64,000 nucleotides of DNA from Octopus sinensis (GCF_006345805.1 NC_043009.1:15996001-16060000), one strand, 5' to 3'. Shown: positions 27,444 to 41,913, counted from the stretch's first letter. Notes: generated by a model from the letters alone, not told the origin. A program made the numbers and translations.

Positions 27444-28424
27444 TATGCGTGTGTGTGTGTGTATGTGTGTATGTATGTATGTATGTATAAAGAAATAAGT
27501 TTAAAATAATGGTAATTCCATATAATTCCTTTATTTGAGCAAATCTGTCTTACGGCTGTTTCCAGTAATCATTATAGGTACATTACTGACAGGCTTACTC
27601 AATTGGTCTATAAGTTATCTAAAAGCTGCGGAGTCCTGTTGCATATATGTCAACACCTTCAAAGTTTGTCCGGTGATGCCAAGTTTTGATAATTAACACG
27701 AGACAATTTAAGCAGTCAGTGCATTAAGCCGTCAGTGCAAGTAAAAGATATCAACTTCACAACTAAACTGAGCAAAGTATTTTATCAACGAGTGCACTTG
27801 AGATTTCGAAAAAAGGGTGGGGGGTGGAGACAATGCTGTAAGAGCACAATTTTAAAGTAGCGGCCTGGATTTTGTTGGTGAGTATGCAGTTTGTATGTGG
27901 AAGAAGACGAAAATCAGTTGATACTATGCAAAATATAATGCTGAGAGTACGAGAGGAGACAGAGACAGAGAAAAAGAATGCGGCAAGTAAGTGACAAAGA
28001 TTGTACCCGGCAATAAGTATGCTTGATCGTTTGAGTAGAAAAATAATCAAATGTATGTGAACAAAGAAGTATATATGTGTGAGTTTATAGTTAGAAAATG
28101 TTGTAAATCAACTGTTGTAAATGTGCGTACGTCTGCCAGTTAGCTGGGTGTCAGAAAAGTTAATTGATTATTGATTTTAATGAAAGCAAACATCTTCAAC
28201 TAGATAATCAATCACTTTCTGAATTAGTCGGATGATGTGGTACGAGGTATTAAATAATTCCACAGACAGGAAGGCGGTGGTGGGACATACCATGGAAGTT
28301 CTAATAGTGAGCTACCGGTTCAACGAGTCTTTAATCCATCATGCAATATAATAAGGTGACAGCTGGAAAGTCTTCACTCATCAGTTATGGCATGGTAGCA
28401 GATAAAAGTGTTTCTTCTCTCCAG

Positions 28425-28596
28425 TTTGCAAAATCTCGTTTTGATTACACATTATCACAAGCATTATATCAAGAGTTTTATACGGCTTAGAACAAAAGAT
28501 GCCTTTGTCGTTAGAACAGAACTTGTTTTGATCTCACAAACCTTAGATATGTACGGGTTTGATAATAGAGTTACAACAAAAGATACAAATACCGGG
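28425..28596 (+). CDS. Candidate exon (LQNLVLITHYHKHYIKSFIRLRTK...DTNTG), unidentified
   Basis: Strong acceptor GTGTTTCTTCTCTCCAG, donor GGG|GTATGA, open frame (phase 2 to 0); no recognised homology. Confidence 0.25.
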
Positions 28597-29676
28597 GTAT
28601 GAGATTTGAGAGATTGGAAGCACCTGTGCATGAAAGGGAAGTGACATGAACAGAGGTATATGGAGATTAAATACAAAGTTAATAAGGGCTTCGATTGATT
28701 GCTGAGTCAATGCAGATAACCTCCAAGCCTGGGAGTGAATGTTAATATTTTGTCAATAGCGCAATCTCTCCTGTTTCCAAAGTTCGTAAATTCACTCCCA
28801 GTTCATCATTTACTTAGACTTTAGGACTGATATGGAACTGATACAAGCTTGGCACGCGATTACTTTGAGTTCAGAATAAATAGGGGATAGTTACTGAGAA
28901 AGGGAAATTTATTTAACATACTAATATTGCTACTTCCTAAGTTGTTCACTGTACGTAACTTACCGTTTGTAATACATTTGTATTACTAGCTCGGATTGTA
29001 AGCCCTAGAATAAATCTTGAAAAATGCCGAATGTGCATACATTAAGATAAAGCGGAAGGTGATGTTCTTCTATATATCGATTATAATGTACCTACAGACA
29101 AAACGTACGAATTCAAGACACACATAACGCTCCGTACAATGAAGATATAGAAATAACACGAAGAAAACTGATTACAAAATGCGAACTTTAACAATTGTAG
29201 CAACAGTTCCCAATATGTTTTGTAACATTATCTGGAGCTCATTCAAAATTTCATGAAGTTACTTCTGCAAGTTGATAGACCAAATATGTGTATATATGAC
29301 CTCGATAGTAATACACACACTTGATTATCATTAGTTAATGTACAACATGTTTATATGAATATGTCCTTGAATGTGATCTAGCAAATATTGAGGTGAAGTT
29401 AGTTATCGAAGGAAAACAAGTTGATGCCAAACTTAGTGACGATTGAATTTTTCCTTCATAATGTCACATTGCACCTAACTGTTTATGTTAATTATTATTG
29501 TATCTATTTATCCCTCAGTGAGAGACATTTGCACCGCTGGATGCTCCTGAACCAGTTGTTAAGTGTCCCACCCGTGAGGGATCGATGCTACATGTGTCGA
29601 AACAATTATCATGATCAATAAGAATTATCGCATATTCCCTTTTCTGGACTTTCATTTCCCATATATATATATATAT

Positions 29677-29707
<31 letters not shown>

Positions 29708-29716
29708 ATAATAAAT

Positions 29717-29930
29717 ATTAGGGAATAAATCCAAATTTACAGGGGAAAAATCAGATTTAGGATTAAATCGATTTTATAGTAAAATTATAAAATATTATTA
29801 GAGACAACCACTATTTTGCAAAACAAACAAGGAAAGACTTAATAAATACATAAAATTTTAATAAATAGTCAAAAAAACCGCCACTACAATCGTTTCTTGT
29901 CTTGATCGACAATCTTCAGGTGGACTTCCA
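29717..29930 (-). mobile_element. pLTR-like terminus of the AT-rich Penelope-derived family, next to (TA)n
   Basis: ATTAGGGAATAAATCCAAATTTACAGGGGAAAAATCAGATTTAGGATTAAATC is homologous to 47390 and 21750; contains the HHR below. Confidence 0.75.
29881..29923 (-). ncRNA. Type-I hammerhead ribozyme
   Basis: Minus strand: CCAC-CUGAAGA-UUGUC(GAUCAA)GACAA-GAAA-CGAUUG-UA/GUGG; all three stems pair. Confidence 0.85.
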
Positions 29931-30368
29931 ATCTAAAAAATCAATATTTTAAAATATAAAATATAATTTTAAAATAATTAAAGTATGAATGAAAAAATAT
30001 AAGTATATAATCCATATATAACCTATCTATAATCCATATATAATCAATATATAAACAATATATAAACTAAAAAAACCTATCAACAATTAAATATAAAATA
30101 TAAAATATAAAATATAAAATATAAAATATAAAGCAAAACAAAAAAAAAAATAATAATATAATAATAAACTATATAACAACCCATACACATATACCTAATT
30201 ATATATAACCATATCTAACTACATACACTAAATCACACACCTATATATATATCCCTATACATACACATAAAAATGTCTAGGCAACTATAAATAAATAAAA
30301 TAGCTAAATATTTCAACACAATACTTATTCATACTCCCACACACACACACATACAACCCACATTCACG

Positions 30369-33300
30369 CTCTAGAAAACGGACATCACTCAAAACTATGA
30401 ACGGAGAAATGGAATAAATGGAATTAAAATTATATTCACTTGGTAAAACGAACACTACTTAAAAATTATGAATGAACAATGCAATAAAACAACAGACATC
30501 GCAAATAGACACAAATTACTACTACGAATTCCTTATCAAACCTACCATGATAAACCAAAACTCATAAAACATATAATGATAACACACACGTAACCACACA
30601 CCCACGACATATACAAATACCCACACCACTTACACATACCAATACATACATATAAACCTCAACATATACTCCAAAAACCCACCTCAACCCCACACAGACA
30701 AATAAACACAAAATTATGAATGGATTCTTTTATAAAACTACCATGATAAGCTAAAACTCACCAACAGAAATGATAAAACCTCCCTTTACTAAACACTAAA
30801 ACATACTTATATAGCAATTCCTTTAACCTATACATTCACACACAAAACCACACGTAAACCACACAACCCATAACAAATACAAACTCCCACCCCACTCACA
30901 CACCCCACAAGTACAATAAGCCTCAACATATACACCAAACAAAATTACTTACCAAGGAACTTAAAATATGTATAAAAAGTATAACCGCTCTGGAACGAAC
31001 ATCTCTAAATTAATGAATGGAGAAATGGAATAAATGGGATTAAAAATAAAATTCACGTGGCAAAACGAACACCACTCAAATTAATGAATGAAACAATATA
31101 ATAAAACAACCAACATCGAAAATAGACAAATTACTACGAATTCCTTATCAAACCTACCATGATAAACCAAAACTCATAAAACATATAATGATAACACACA
31201 CTTAAACCACACACCCACGACATATACAAATACCCACACCACTTACACATACCAATACATACTATAAACCTACCTCAACATATACTCCAAAAACCCACTC
31301 AAAACCCCACCAGACAAATAACACAAAAATGATGAATGGATTCTTTTATAAAACTACCATGATAAGCTAAAACTCACAAAACAGAAATGATAAAACCTCC
31401 CTTTACTAAACACTAAAACATACTTATATAGCAATTCCTTTAACCTATACATTCACACACAAAACCACACGTAAACCACACAACCCATAACAAATACAAA
31501 CTCCCACCCCACTCACACACACCCCACAAGTACATATAGCCTCAACATATACACCAAACAAAATTACTTTACCAAGGAACTAAAATATGTATAAAAAGTA
31601 TAACCGCTCTGGAAACGAACATCTCTAAAATAATGAAATGGAGAAATGGAATAAATGGGATTAAAAATAAAATTCACGTGGCAAAACGAACACCACTCAA
31701 AAATTATGAATGAAACAATATAAAAACAACCAACATCGAAAATAGAAAATTACTACGAATTCCCTAAAAAAAACCATGATAAACCAAAACTCTTTAAAAA
31801 CTTATAACGATAAATCTCCCTTTGCTAAACTCTATAACAAACCTATATAGTAATCCCCTAACTAAACATTCACACACAAACACACACGTAAACCACACAG
31901 ACCCACGACTTATACACATACCTAAACTAACTTCTAAACCTCCATATACACCAAAACCCACTCCCTCCCCCACAGACAAATTAACTCATACATCCCAAAA
32001 CCTAAATAACAAACCCATATACACATTCACACACAACACACACACACACGCAAAACACACACACAACAGATACATATACTCCCTCACATATACGCATATA
32101 CATACTCACTAAACTCGATATATACAACAATATTTACACACCCACACTCATACAGATAAATAAATTATACAACTAAAAACTCGCACACAATCTCATATAC
32201 ATAAACACTCTATTGAAAACACATTAAATACATCGTAATTAACCAGAATATCAAAAATAACAATATGACATAAAGGTAAATAAAATACATACTTACAATT
32301 CAGTGTCAAATATGAAGTGAAATTAAATTCTTAGCCATTAAAAAAATCAAACCAAAATTACGTACCATAGAAATAACTTATGTAAAAAAAGACTAACAAA
32401 CACTTGCAGTAACCCAACCCATTCTCTATGCCTACCTCACTACTACACTATTCCATTCACAATTCCAAACAACGCTAGTCCACCTCCCGGTTATTCACGT
32501 GGCAAAACGAACACCACTCAAAAATTATGAATGAAACAATGTAATAAAACAACCAACATCGAAAATAGACAAATTACCACGAATCCCTAAAAAAAAACCA
32601 TGATAAACCAAAACTCTTTAAAAACATATAACGATAAATCTCCCTTTGCTAAACTCTATAACAAACCTATATAGTAATCCCCCTAACCTAAACATTCACA
32701 CACAAACACCACGTAAACCACAGACCCACGACTTATACACATACCTAAACTAACTTCTAAACCTCCATATACACCAAAACCCACTCCCTCCCAACAGACA
32801 AATTAACTCATACATCCCAAAACCTAAATAACAAACCCATATACACATTCACACACAAACACACACACACACGCAAAACACACACACACAACAGATACAT
32901 ATCTCCCTCACATATACGCATATACATACTCACTAAACTCGATATATACAACAATATTTACACACCCACACTCATACAGATAAATAAATATACAACTAAA
33001 AACTCGCACACAATCTCATATACATAAACACTCCTATGAAAACAACATTAAATACATCGTAATTAACCAGAATATCAAAAATAACAATATGACATAAAGG
33101 TAAATAAAATACATACTTACAATTCAGTGTCAATTATGAAGTGAAATTAAATTCTTAGCCATTAAAAAAATCAAACCAAAATTACGTTACCATAGAAATA
33201 ACTTATGTAAAAAAAGACTAACAAACAACTTGCAGTAACCCAAACCCATTCTCTATGCCTACCTCACTACTACACTATTCCATTCACAATTCCAAACAAC

Positions 33301-35080
33301 GCTAGTCCACCTCCCGGTTATTCACGTGGCAAAACGAACACCACTCAAAAATTATGAATGAACAATGTAATAAAACAACCAACATCGAAAATAGACAAAT
33401 TACCACGAATCCCTAAAAAAAACCATGATAAACCAAAACTCCTAAAACATATAACGATAAATCTCCCTTGCTAAACTCTATAACAAACCTATATAGCAAT
33501 CTCCCTAACCTAAACATTCACAACCACAAATACACACTCGTAAACCACAGACCCACGACTTATACACACACAATCTCATATACATAAAACACACCTATGA
33601 AAACAACATTAAATACATCGTAATTAACCAGAATATCAAAATAACAATATGACATAAGGATAAATAAAATACATACTTACAATTCAGTGTCAAAATATGA
33701 AGTGAAATTAAATTCTTAGCCGTTAAAAAAATCAAACCAAAATTACGTTACCATGAAATAACTTATGTAAAAAAAGAATACGCGCCATGGAAAGTAAACG
33801 TCATTTAAATTATGAATGGGGAAATAGAAAAATGGAACTAAAAACTATATCCACGTGGCAAACCAACACTACTTAAAAAAATTTATTATGAATGGATTCT
33901 TAAAAAACTACCATGAAAAATCATTATATACATCTATGAGCTTTAGCTCACCTTAGCAGTCTCAACAAACAACTTACAGTAACCCAAACCCATTCTCTAT
34001 GCCTACCTCACTACTACACTATTCCATTCACAATTCCAAGCAACGCTAGTCCACCACCCGGTTATTCACGTGGCAAAACGAACACCCTCAAAAATTATGA
34101 ATGAAACAATGTAATAAAACAACCAACACCGAAAATAGACAAATTACCACGAATTCCCTAAAAAACCATGATAAACCAAACTCATAAAAACATATAACGA
34201 TAAATCTCCCTTTGCTAAACTCTATAACAAACCTATATAGTAATCCCCTAAACCTAAACATTCACACACAAATACACACTCGTAAACCACAGACCCCGAC
34301 TTATACACATACCTATCCTAATTTATAAACCTCAATATACACCAAAACCCACTCCCTCCCCACACAGACAAATTAACACATACATCCCAAAACCTAAATA
34401 ACAAACCCATATACAATTCACACACAAAAAAACACACACACACAAAAAAAAAACACACACACAACAGATACATATACTCCCTCACATATACTCATATACA
34501 TACTCACTAAACTCGATATATACAACAATATTTACACACCCACACTCATACAGATAAATAAAATATACAACTAAAAACTCACACACAATCTCATATACAT
34601 AAACACTCCTATGAAAACAACATTAAATACATCGTAATTAACCAGAATATCAAAATAACAATATGACATAAGGATAAATAAAATACATACTACAAGTCAA
34701 TTTCAAATAATGAAGTGAAATTAAATCTTAGCCGTTAAAAAAACCAAACCAAAATTACGTTACCATAGAAATAACTTATGTAAAAAAAGAGAGAATACGC
34801 GCCATAGAAATTAACCGTCATTTAAATTATGAATGGAGAAATAGAATAAATGGAACTAAAAACTATATCCACGTAGCAAACCAACACTACTAAAAAAAAT
34901 TTATAATGAATGGATTCTTTAAAAAACTACCATGAAAAATCATTATATACATTTATGAGCTTTAGCTCACCCTAGCAGCTCTAACAACAACCTACAGCAA
35001 CCCAAAACTATTCCCGATGCCTACCCACTACCACTAATCAATCCCAATTCCTAGCAACGCTAGTCCACCACCCGGTTACA
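30369..35080. repeat. Composite A/C-rich satellite array: ~619-bp units then ~745-1000-bp units sharing a core
   Basis: Unit A starts at 30369, 30988 and 31607; unit B anchor CACGTGGCAAAACGAACACC at 31675, 32496, 33323 and 34067; the plus strand is strongly G-poor. Confidence 0.92.
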
Positions 35081-36939
35081 ATTCCCAACTCCACCCATTC
35101 ATTCCACAATTTCAACGACATTCGCCTCCACAACGCTACATATAAGCCTCAACATATACACCGGAGATACACTTACACATCCGTGCGAGGGTGAGAGTAT
35201 ACATTGAGTGTAGTGATGGGGCTCCCATTACTATACACATTTATACCTGTGTGGTAGTCTCCATGTGTATATTCACGCACGGGTATAAATGCAGGGGGTA
35301 CACGCGCACGTCATTTGCGTGTACCCTCACATGTACATATGCATGCTATTTGGGCTCGATATATGCAACAATGTAATCGCGCCCGCATACATGCATATGG
35401 GCGAATTGCACAATCAAAAAACGCACACGTGTGTGTGTGCGTTCCCTGGTTGTGCAATTCACCCATCTGTGGGTGTGAGTGGGTATAATCTTATCACTGT
35501 GGATGTCGAGCTTAATACGTATGTATATAAGTGTGTATTAGGGGTTGTACGTATTAATTGTGTGCATGTGCTTCACGCACTTGCGTCCATATATGGATGA
35601 ATATATTGGGATTACTATGTGGGTGTAAATTGGGTATGGAGGGGGGAATTTTGTCATTGTATGGGTGTGGGTTTCATTTGTGATAGTGGTTACTTGGTGA
35701 TTTTAGTATGTTCTGTATTTTGGGTTAGTTATGTATTATTCTAGTGTGTATAATTGTATACATATAATTGGTGTGAATGGGATTACGCCCATTTTTGGGG
35801 ATGATGTGTTTATTATCCATGTGGCGCGGGAGTGGCCTTTAGGTGTATATGCCGAGGCTCACATGCAATTCAGGTACATCGAATGTGAATGAAGTGGGCA
35901 CTTATATTTGTTATGGGTGTGTGTACTTTATTATAACAGACAATACCCAATAAAATCTGTCAATTCAACATACCAAATAAAAAACAAAAAACCAAAGGAT
36001 CTTAACATTCACACATACATACAAAACTCAATAAAAACACCACTAAATAACTCCCATAAACATATAAATATATCCTCCAAAATATATACATTAAAAATGA
36101 ACTAATTAAAACAAAGAAATATAATAAAGACTAACTATAATTAAAGCCTAGACAACATAACCAAAAATATATTATCTAAACTAATTTAAACTAAACTAAA
36201 GTAACTTAAAGGAACTATTATTGCTATTTATCATGAAACTTATATATAGGTAAGTAACTTATGTCTGCATTTTATTTTGCGCTCCTCACCAGTATTAAGT
36301 AAATTATAATACTTAAAATAAATTTCTTTAAACTCTTCGAGCATAAATAACAACAATTAGCTCCTATAGTATATGATTTAGTTTTACAAATTATTTCCCA
36401 AATTAAATATAATTAATATTTAGTGATTTAAGACTCCAAATGTACTTACTAAGTCCGGTTTGAGTTGATTAAGTTTTATTTTTAAAAGAATTCATATGTT
36501 ATGCGATTCTTAGTTTTATTTTTGAGGAAGGAACCTATATAAACCTATAAACCGCTTTTTTGTAATTATTATTCTTAAAGTTATTATCATGTAATGTAAC
36601 TATACATTTATACACTACATCGTTAATATCACAATTATTATTTAATATACAATTAGATTTATCTCTACATGTACAATTAATATAAGTCTTATCATTATTA
36701 ATATTATTATCAAATAATTTCTTTTTATAAAAATTATTCAGTTTATATTTATTAAATGAAGAAATAATGTTACCAACATTATTAGTGTACGAAAGTGTGT
36801 TTGGAGTGGAAAAGAAAAAGGGGATTACGTTTGGGCATATACATTCGAACCTGAATCTATAGAATTCTCCTTAAGTTTACAAAGCTATTTTTTCATGAAA
36901 ATACAATGGTTGACACCAGTGATGCTCAACACATGGCCT

Positions 36940-37830
36940 GCCAAGCCGATTTGTGTGTTTTCCCACTTGACCGTCTTACGTCTTCTGTGCCACCAAAAGC
37001 TGAAAATAGATAAGAATTACTTACAGTAGTTTTTCTCCTTGCCCTCGGCGATATGCCTCTTTTTCTCGTAATTCTACGATAATTATAAATACTAAAATCT
37101 CGCAAGGCTAAGTTAGTTGGAGACTTTAACGCTCTTATAGACACACGCCTAGATAACATTGGCTCAACCGGTATGAAAAGTAACACCCGCCTCATCGATC
37201 TGCTGAAACGATTAAGGCTAGTAGGACTCAAGAATCCGATCGTTCCAATGTGGACTTGTAGTAATAACGACAGATCTCACATGTCTTATATAGACAGGGT
37301 AGTAGTGAATACCAGAGATAGGTCCTCCTTAGTTGTCCATAATATACGGATCACAAATTAGTTACGGATATGGTACACATAGTTAAAGTCCATAAACAGA
37401 GATCTGGTTACTGGAAGTTGAACAAGACCCTATTGACTTGCGAAACATACCGTAGCCAGATTAAGGAGTTAATCATGAGGACACTCACCGGCACCGTGTT
37501 GAATAACCGGTGGTGGGTTGCCCTCAAAAGAGCCCTTCGACTTGAATCTATTAGATTTAGCAAACAGTTATGTCTAGAGCAGGCTAGAGTAGAAGGGTCT
37601 CTAGTTAAGACATTAGAAGAGGCGGTGAGATTGGACTCCGTACCCCCAAGATTTGGCGGCGAGACCAGCTTTGAACCGACACCTCAATACCAAACGCATG
37701 AATCACGCGGAGATCGAAAATGAGCGTATGACACAGGGAGTGCAGACATGCACTCGCTCTGTTCTCCCGCAAAAAATCCCAAATTTTATTTAATTTGCTT
37801 GCGGGAAGGAGAGTTTCAACAAAGTCGCGT
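36940..37830 (+). mobile_element. Degenerate L1/Tx1-type LINE, APE endonuclease region
   Basis: LVGDFNALIDTRLD, MWTCSN...SYIDRVVV, TDHKLV and GYWKLNKTLL motifs across frameshifts. Confidence 0.8.
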
Positions 37831-38794
37831 CTTGTCTTTGCCTCCGTAACGTGGAATAGTTGAAACAGGGACAACTTTAGATGGGGAATATTCTTTATGT
37901 TGTACGTTTCGTTTCTCTCGTTTCTACGCTCTTGTTTCTATGTTTTCGTTTCTCATTGTGTTCAACGTTCTTTTGATGTCCTGTACCCATATGTGCATGT
38001 ATATATACATATATATGTAGGTGTGTACATATATGTATGTATGTATATATGCATATATTTATATATTATTTGTATTATATTATATTTCTATATATTAAAC
38101 TCCGTATAGTCCCTGATCGCTTTGGAAGCTCTAAAAAGCGGCAATCCTGTAGCAGCAATCCTGTAGAGGTACTGATTGTTTCGAAGGTTACTTTAATGCT
38201 GTACAAATTAAGGCATCCATTTAACCAGCCTTTTCTTCAGAAGCTGTACCGTCCAATCTTTGCAAATTGTTATAAAACTTTTAGATGTCGCATATATGGC
38301 TATTTACTATTGGTATATCACACCCAATATGTCGTCGATAGACACACACACTCACTAACACACACGCACACACATATACCTAAGAGACATTCCAGTAGAT
38401 ATGCATTTATGAAAGAAAGTCAAGAATGACATAGCAATTAACTGAATAGTTATTTAAACATTGGACTTAATTTTGTCTTCATTTTGAAATATAGTGCCCA
38501 ACTGTAGTTCTGCTACTTTTTAATAGTTGCGCGATGTGTCTGAGCTCCTCACCTACACCTAACTGTTTCAGATATGGCGTTTAACATACTTCGTTTAGGA
38601 CTTATTAACATGGAGAGAGACGAGGAAAAAAAAGCAAGTCTCAAGAGAAATTAGAAAAACTTAAATGAAATATTGGCGGAATTCTGCTTTACGCCATATA
38701 ACCCCTCAAAACTTTTTTATTCTTTGGAATTTTCATTAAAATTTTGCAATTTTTTATTCTACACAAGGGAATTCATCCGATTATACAAAAAACA

Positions 38795-39191
38795 AGCGTA
38801 GGAGTGGCTGTGTGGTAAGTAGATTGCTTAGCAACCACATAGTTGCGGGTTTAGTTCCACTGCGTGGCACCATAGGCAAGTGTCTTCTACTATAACCTCG
38901 GGCCGACCAAAGCCTTGTGAGTGGATTTAGTAGACGTAAACTGAAAGAAACCCGTCGTATATGTGTGTGTGTGTGTGTGGTGTGTGTGTCTGTGTTTGTC
39001 CCCAACATCGCTTGACAACCGATGCTGGTGTGTTTACGTCCCCATAACTTAACGGTTCGGCAAAAGCGACCGATAGCATAAGTACTAGGCTTACAAAGAA
39101 TAAGTCCTGGGGTCGATTTGCTCGACTAAAGGCGGTGCTCCAGCAAAGCCACAGTCAAGTGACTGAAACAAGTAAAAGAGTAAAAGAGTAA
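38795..39191 (+). mobile_element. SINE family A
   Basis: Full head, (TG)n centre and (AAAAGAGT)n tail. Confidence 0.88.
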
Positions 39192-39254
39192 GCAAAACCT
39201 TTTCGTGCGTGATTTAAAACCTATTTAGCTGTTATTATTAACACATCACATTTT

Positions 39255-40225
39255 GTTGGCATCCTTTCTGTCTCGAGAGACAATGGAGTTGCGCATTTTT
39301 TTTTTTTTTTTCTAGGTCTAGTCCGGCTGTTATATTTTATTTCCTGTTACATTTCTTGCTGTGGCTGTGTAGTCCTATCCTGGACAAACACTCCCTCTGG
39401 CAGGTACTGCAAATGTAGCGAAGACTGTTCCTGGCTGATTGTAGTGCCATAGTCTCTTGTTTATGTCTCTTCCTTTCTTTCCATTTCTCCTCTCTCTTTC
39501 TGTCACTCCTCTGTATACCCTCTTTTACTGTACGTCGCCATTCTCCACGGTTGCCGGCGACTGCCTCCCAACCGCTAATGTTGATGTTGCAGGCCTTCAT
39601 ATCCCTTTTGCAAACATCCTTGTAACGCAAGATCGGTCTACCCACAGACCTAGTACCCCTAGCAAGCTCTCCGTAGAGTATGTCCTTGGGGATTCTGCCA
39701 TCTTTCATACGGCTAACATGCCCAAGCCATCTCATACGTCTTTGTGTGAGGAGTGCAAACATGCTTGGTATTCCTGCTTGCCTGAGGACATCTTTGTTGG
39801 GGATATGATTCTGCCATTTGATGTGGAGGATTTTTCGGAGGCAGCGCAGGTGAAAGATGTTTAGGCGACGCTCTTGGCGTGTGTATAGCGTCCAGGTCTC
39901 GCTTCCATACAGTAGAGTGCTGAGTACACATGCCTGGTAGATCTTCATTTTTGTGGTCTTGGTCAGCTTATTGTTGTCCCAAGCCCGTTTGGAGAGTTGG
40001 GCCATCGCAGCAGCTGCCTTGCCAATGCGTATATTGAGCTCAGCGTCAAGGGATAGGTTGTAGGGACGGTAGAGCCCAGATAGGTAAACTTCTCCACCTC
40101 TTGTAATCTGTGGTCTCCATATGTATGTTTGGGATGTCCGATGTAGCCTGGCCCATGATGTTGGTCTTCTTAAGGCTGATAGCTAAGCCAAAGTCGTTAC
40201 ATGCTTGCTCAAAGCAGTTAATGAG
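39255..40225 (-). mobile_element. 5'-truncated RTE-clade LINE (RT C-terminal region and 3' UTR)
   Basis: ORF 39337-40005: KIYQACVLSTLLYGSETWT...RLNIFHLRCLRKIL..RRMRWLGHVSRM..PKDILYGEL..GRPILRYKD..CSTCQRECLSRIGLHSH; upstream FTYLGSTV; 3' hairpin TGTCTCTCGAGAGACA. Confidence 0.92.
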
Positions 40226-40749
40226 CACATCACATACCGTATGTTTTTAAGCATTTAACAAGTGACAAAAAGAACAGGTGGTAAGTGGCTTGGTAATAGC
40301 TTGGCCTGTTACTATGGAAACAGGCGCCTATATGTCTGTGGCTTTCGTTTGACTAAAATTATCCAAAATTTGCCAACTTTAAAAGCTATTAACTCTTTAT
40401 TTAATGATTTATGGCGAAAATCAATTTCATGTCAATGATTAATTTACAAAACTACATCAATACGCCAAATATGAAATCAATTGGAATAATTGAAGAAACT
40501 GAAAAGTGGCAGCTAAACAATTATTTCACGCTCTTTCTGTAAGGGACTTTAAATTCTTTCATTGCTATGTTTTTATAATTGGACTTCTTTCTCCAAAGCT
40601 ATATATTAATCACTTTGATTGTCACCACGTGTATTGTTATATTACTTCCGTTATATTTTGAATTATCTTAGTTCCTTTTGTGTGTGTGTGTGTGTGTGCT
40701 AACGACTGAAAACGGTATAGTTTGTCTTCGCTATTATTCTACTGCTAAA

Positions 40750-40965
40750 GGCGGCAAGCTGGCAGAACCCATGCCAGGCGAAATACTGAGCAGTATTTCG
40801 CCCGTCGCTATGTTCTGAATACAAATATGACCGAAGTCGACTTCGCCTTTCATCCTTTCGGGGTCGATAAATTAAATACCTGTTACGCACTGGGGTTGAT
40901 ATAATCGACTAGCTTCCTCCACTAAAATTTCATGCCTTGTGCCTATAGTAGAAATGACTATTATA
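40750..40965 (+). mobile_element. tRNA-derived SINE family C
   Basis: GGCGGCAAGCTGGCAGAA head, GTTCTGAATACAAAT B-box-like motif, CCTTGTGCCTATAGTAGAAA tail. Confidence 0.8.
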
Positions 40966-41083
40966 CTTCTGCTAAAAACACATGTTGATAATCTCAGACA
41001 CATATATTTTCTTGTATCTATTTGTTTAGGAATGACTATCAGCTATATTTGTAAAGTTCATAGGTAAATATAATGCAAAAAAC

Positions 41084-41311
41084 TGGCAATCTTTCGATAT
41101 AACCTGACAAAACTAAAACAAACACACAGCTGTTTCCATGACAACTCGACAATTCACTGCTGTGACCTCTGTGTGTGTGCGTGCTTGTTCTTGTCTGTGT
41201 GTGCCTGTTCCGTCACGGAGGTCACGAAGATATCCGAAGTGAATTGTCGAGTTGTCACGGAAACAGCCGAGTGTTTGTTTGGTTTTGTCGAGTCATATCG
41301 AAGGATTGCCA
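41084..41311. mobile_element. MITE-like inverted repeat (~75-90-bp arms) around a (TG)-rich centre
   Basis: 41084-41158 is the reverse complement of 41238-41311 with few mismatches; inner GTGACCTCTGTG / CACGGAGGTCAC also pair. Confidence 0.85.
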
Positions 41312-41589
41312 AAAACTATTTTGCCAATTCTTTTGAGTTTTCATGGTTTATTATTTAACTTGAAATATTTAACTTAAAATAATTGTTACTTTGACTGTAA
41401 TCAGGTGCATATACGTGTGTATGCATGTGTATATGGGTATGCATGTGTATATGGGTATGCATGTGTTTATACGTAAATGCACGCGCGTATGAGAGGACGT
41501 GTGTGATACCTGATACCTTTTCCCTCTGTTATTCACATCTTACCTATCTAACGCCAGCTGTCTTTACTGTTGTCCATCTCCATGTAGAC

Positions 41590-41913
41590 CAGAGGTTCCC
41601 AAACTTTTTGGGCCCCCTCTAGCCACATACCCTCAGCGCCCCACCCCTATTTTTATGTATAAATAAATATTTTATATTTTACTAATTTATATAAACTATG
41701 AATCATTTAATATTTAATATAATATTATATAATTTGTATACAATACTATAATATTATATTATAATAAATTCATAGTGACACCAAACCATTGACTTCCTCC
41801 CAACGCCTCCTTTTTCCCTACTGCCCCCCCCATCGCCTCTTTAGGCACCAGCGCCCACCTGGACCGTCTCAACGCCCACTGGTGGGGGCGGTAGTACTTA
41901 CTTGGAGAGCCTG
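41590..41913. mobile_element. hAT-superfamily MITE
   Basis: Termini CAGAGGTTCCCAAAC ... TTGGAGAGCCTG; 8-bp TSD ATGTAGAC / ATATAGAC (7/8). Confidence 0.8.

Noticed and set aside
28729-28801. 12-bp perfect inverted repeat CTGGGAGTGAAT/ATTCACTCCCAG
   Set aside because: Does not extend; a match of this length within 100 nt is plausible by chance in 64 kb.
30369-35080. CRISPR-like or coding interpretation of the tandem array
   Set aside because: Eukaryotic context, long units with no unique spacers, no cas genes, and no sustained ORFs.
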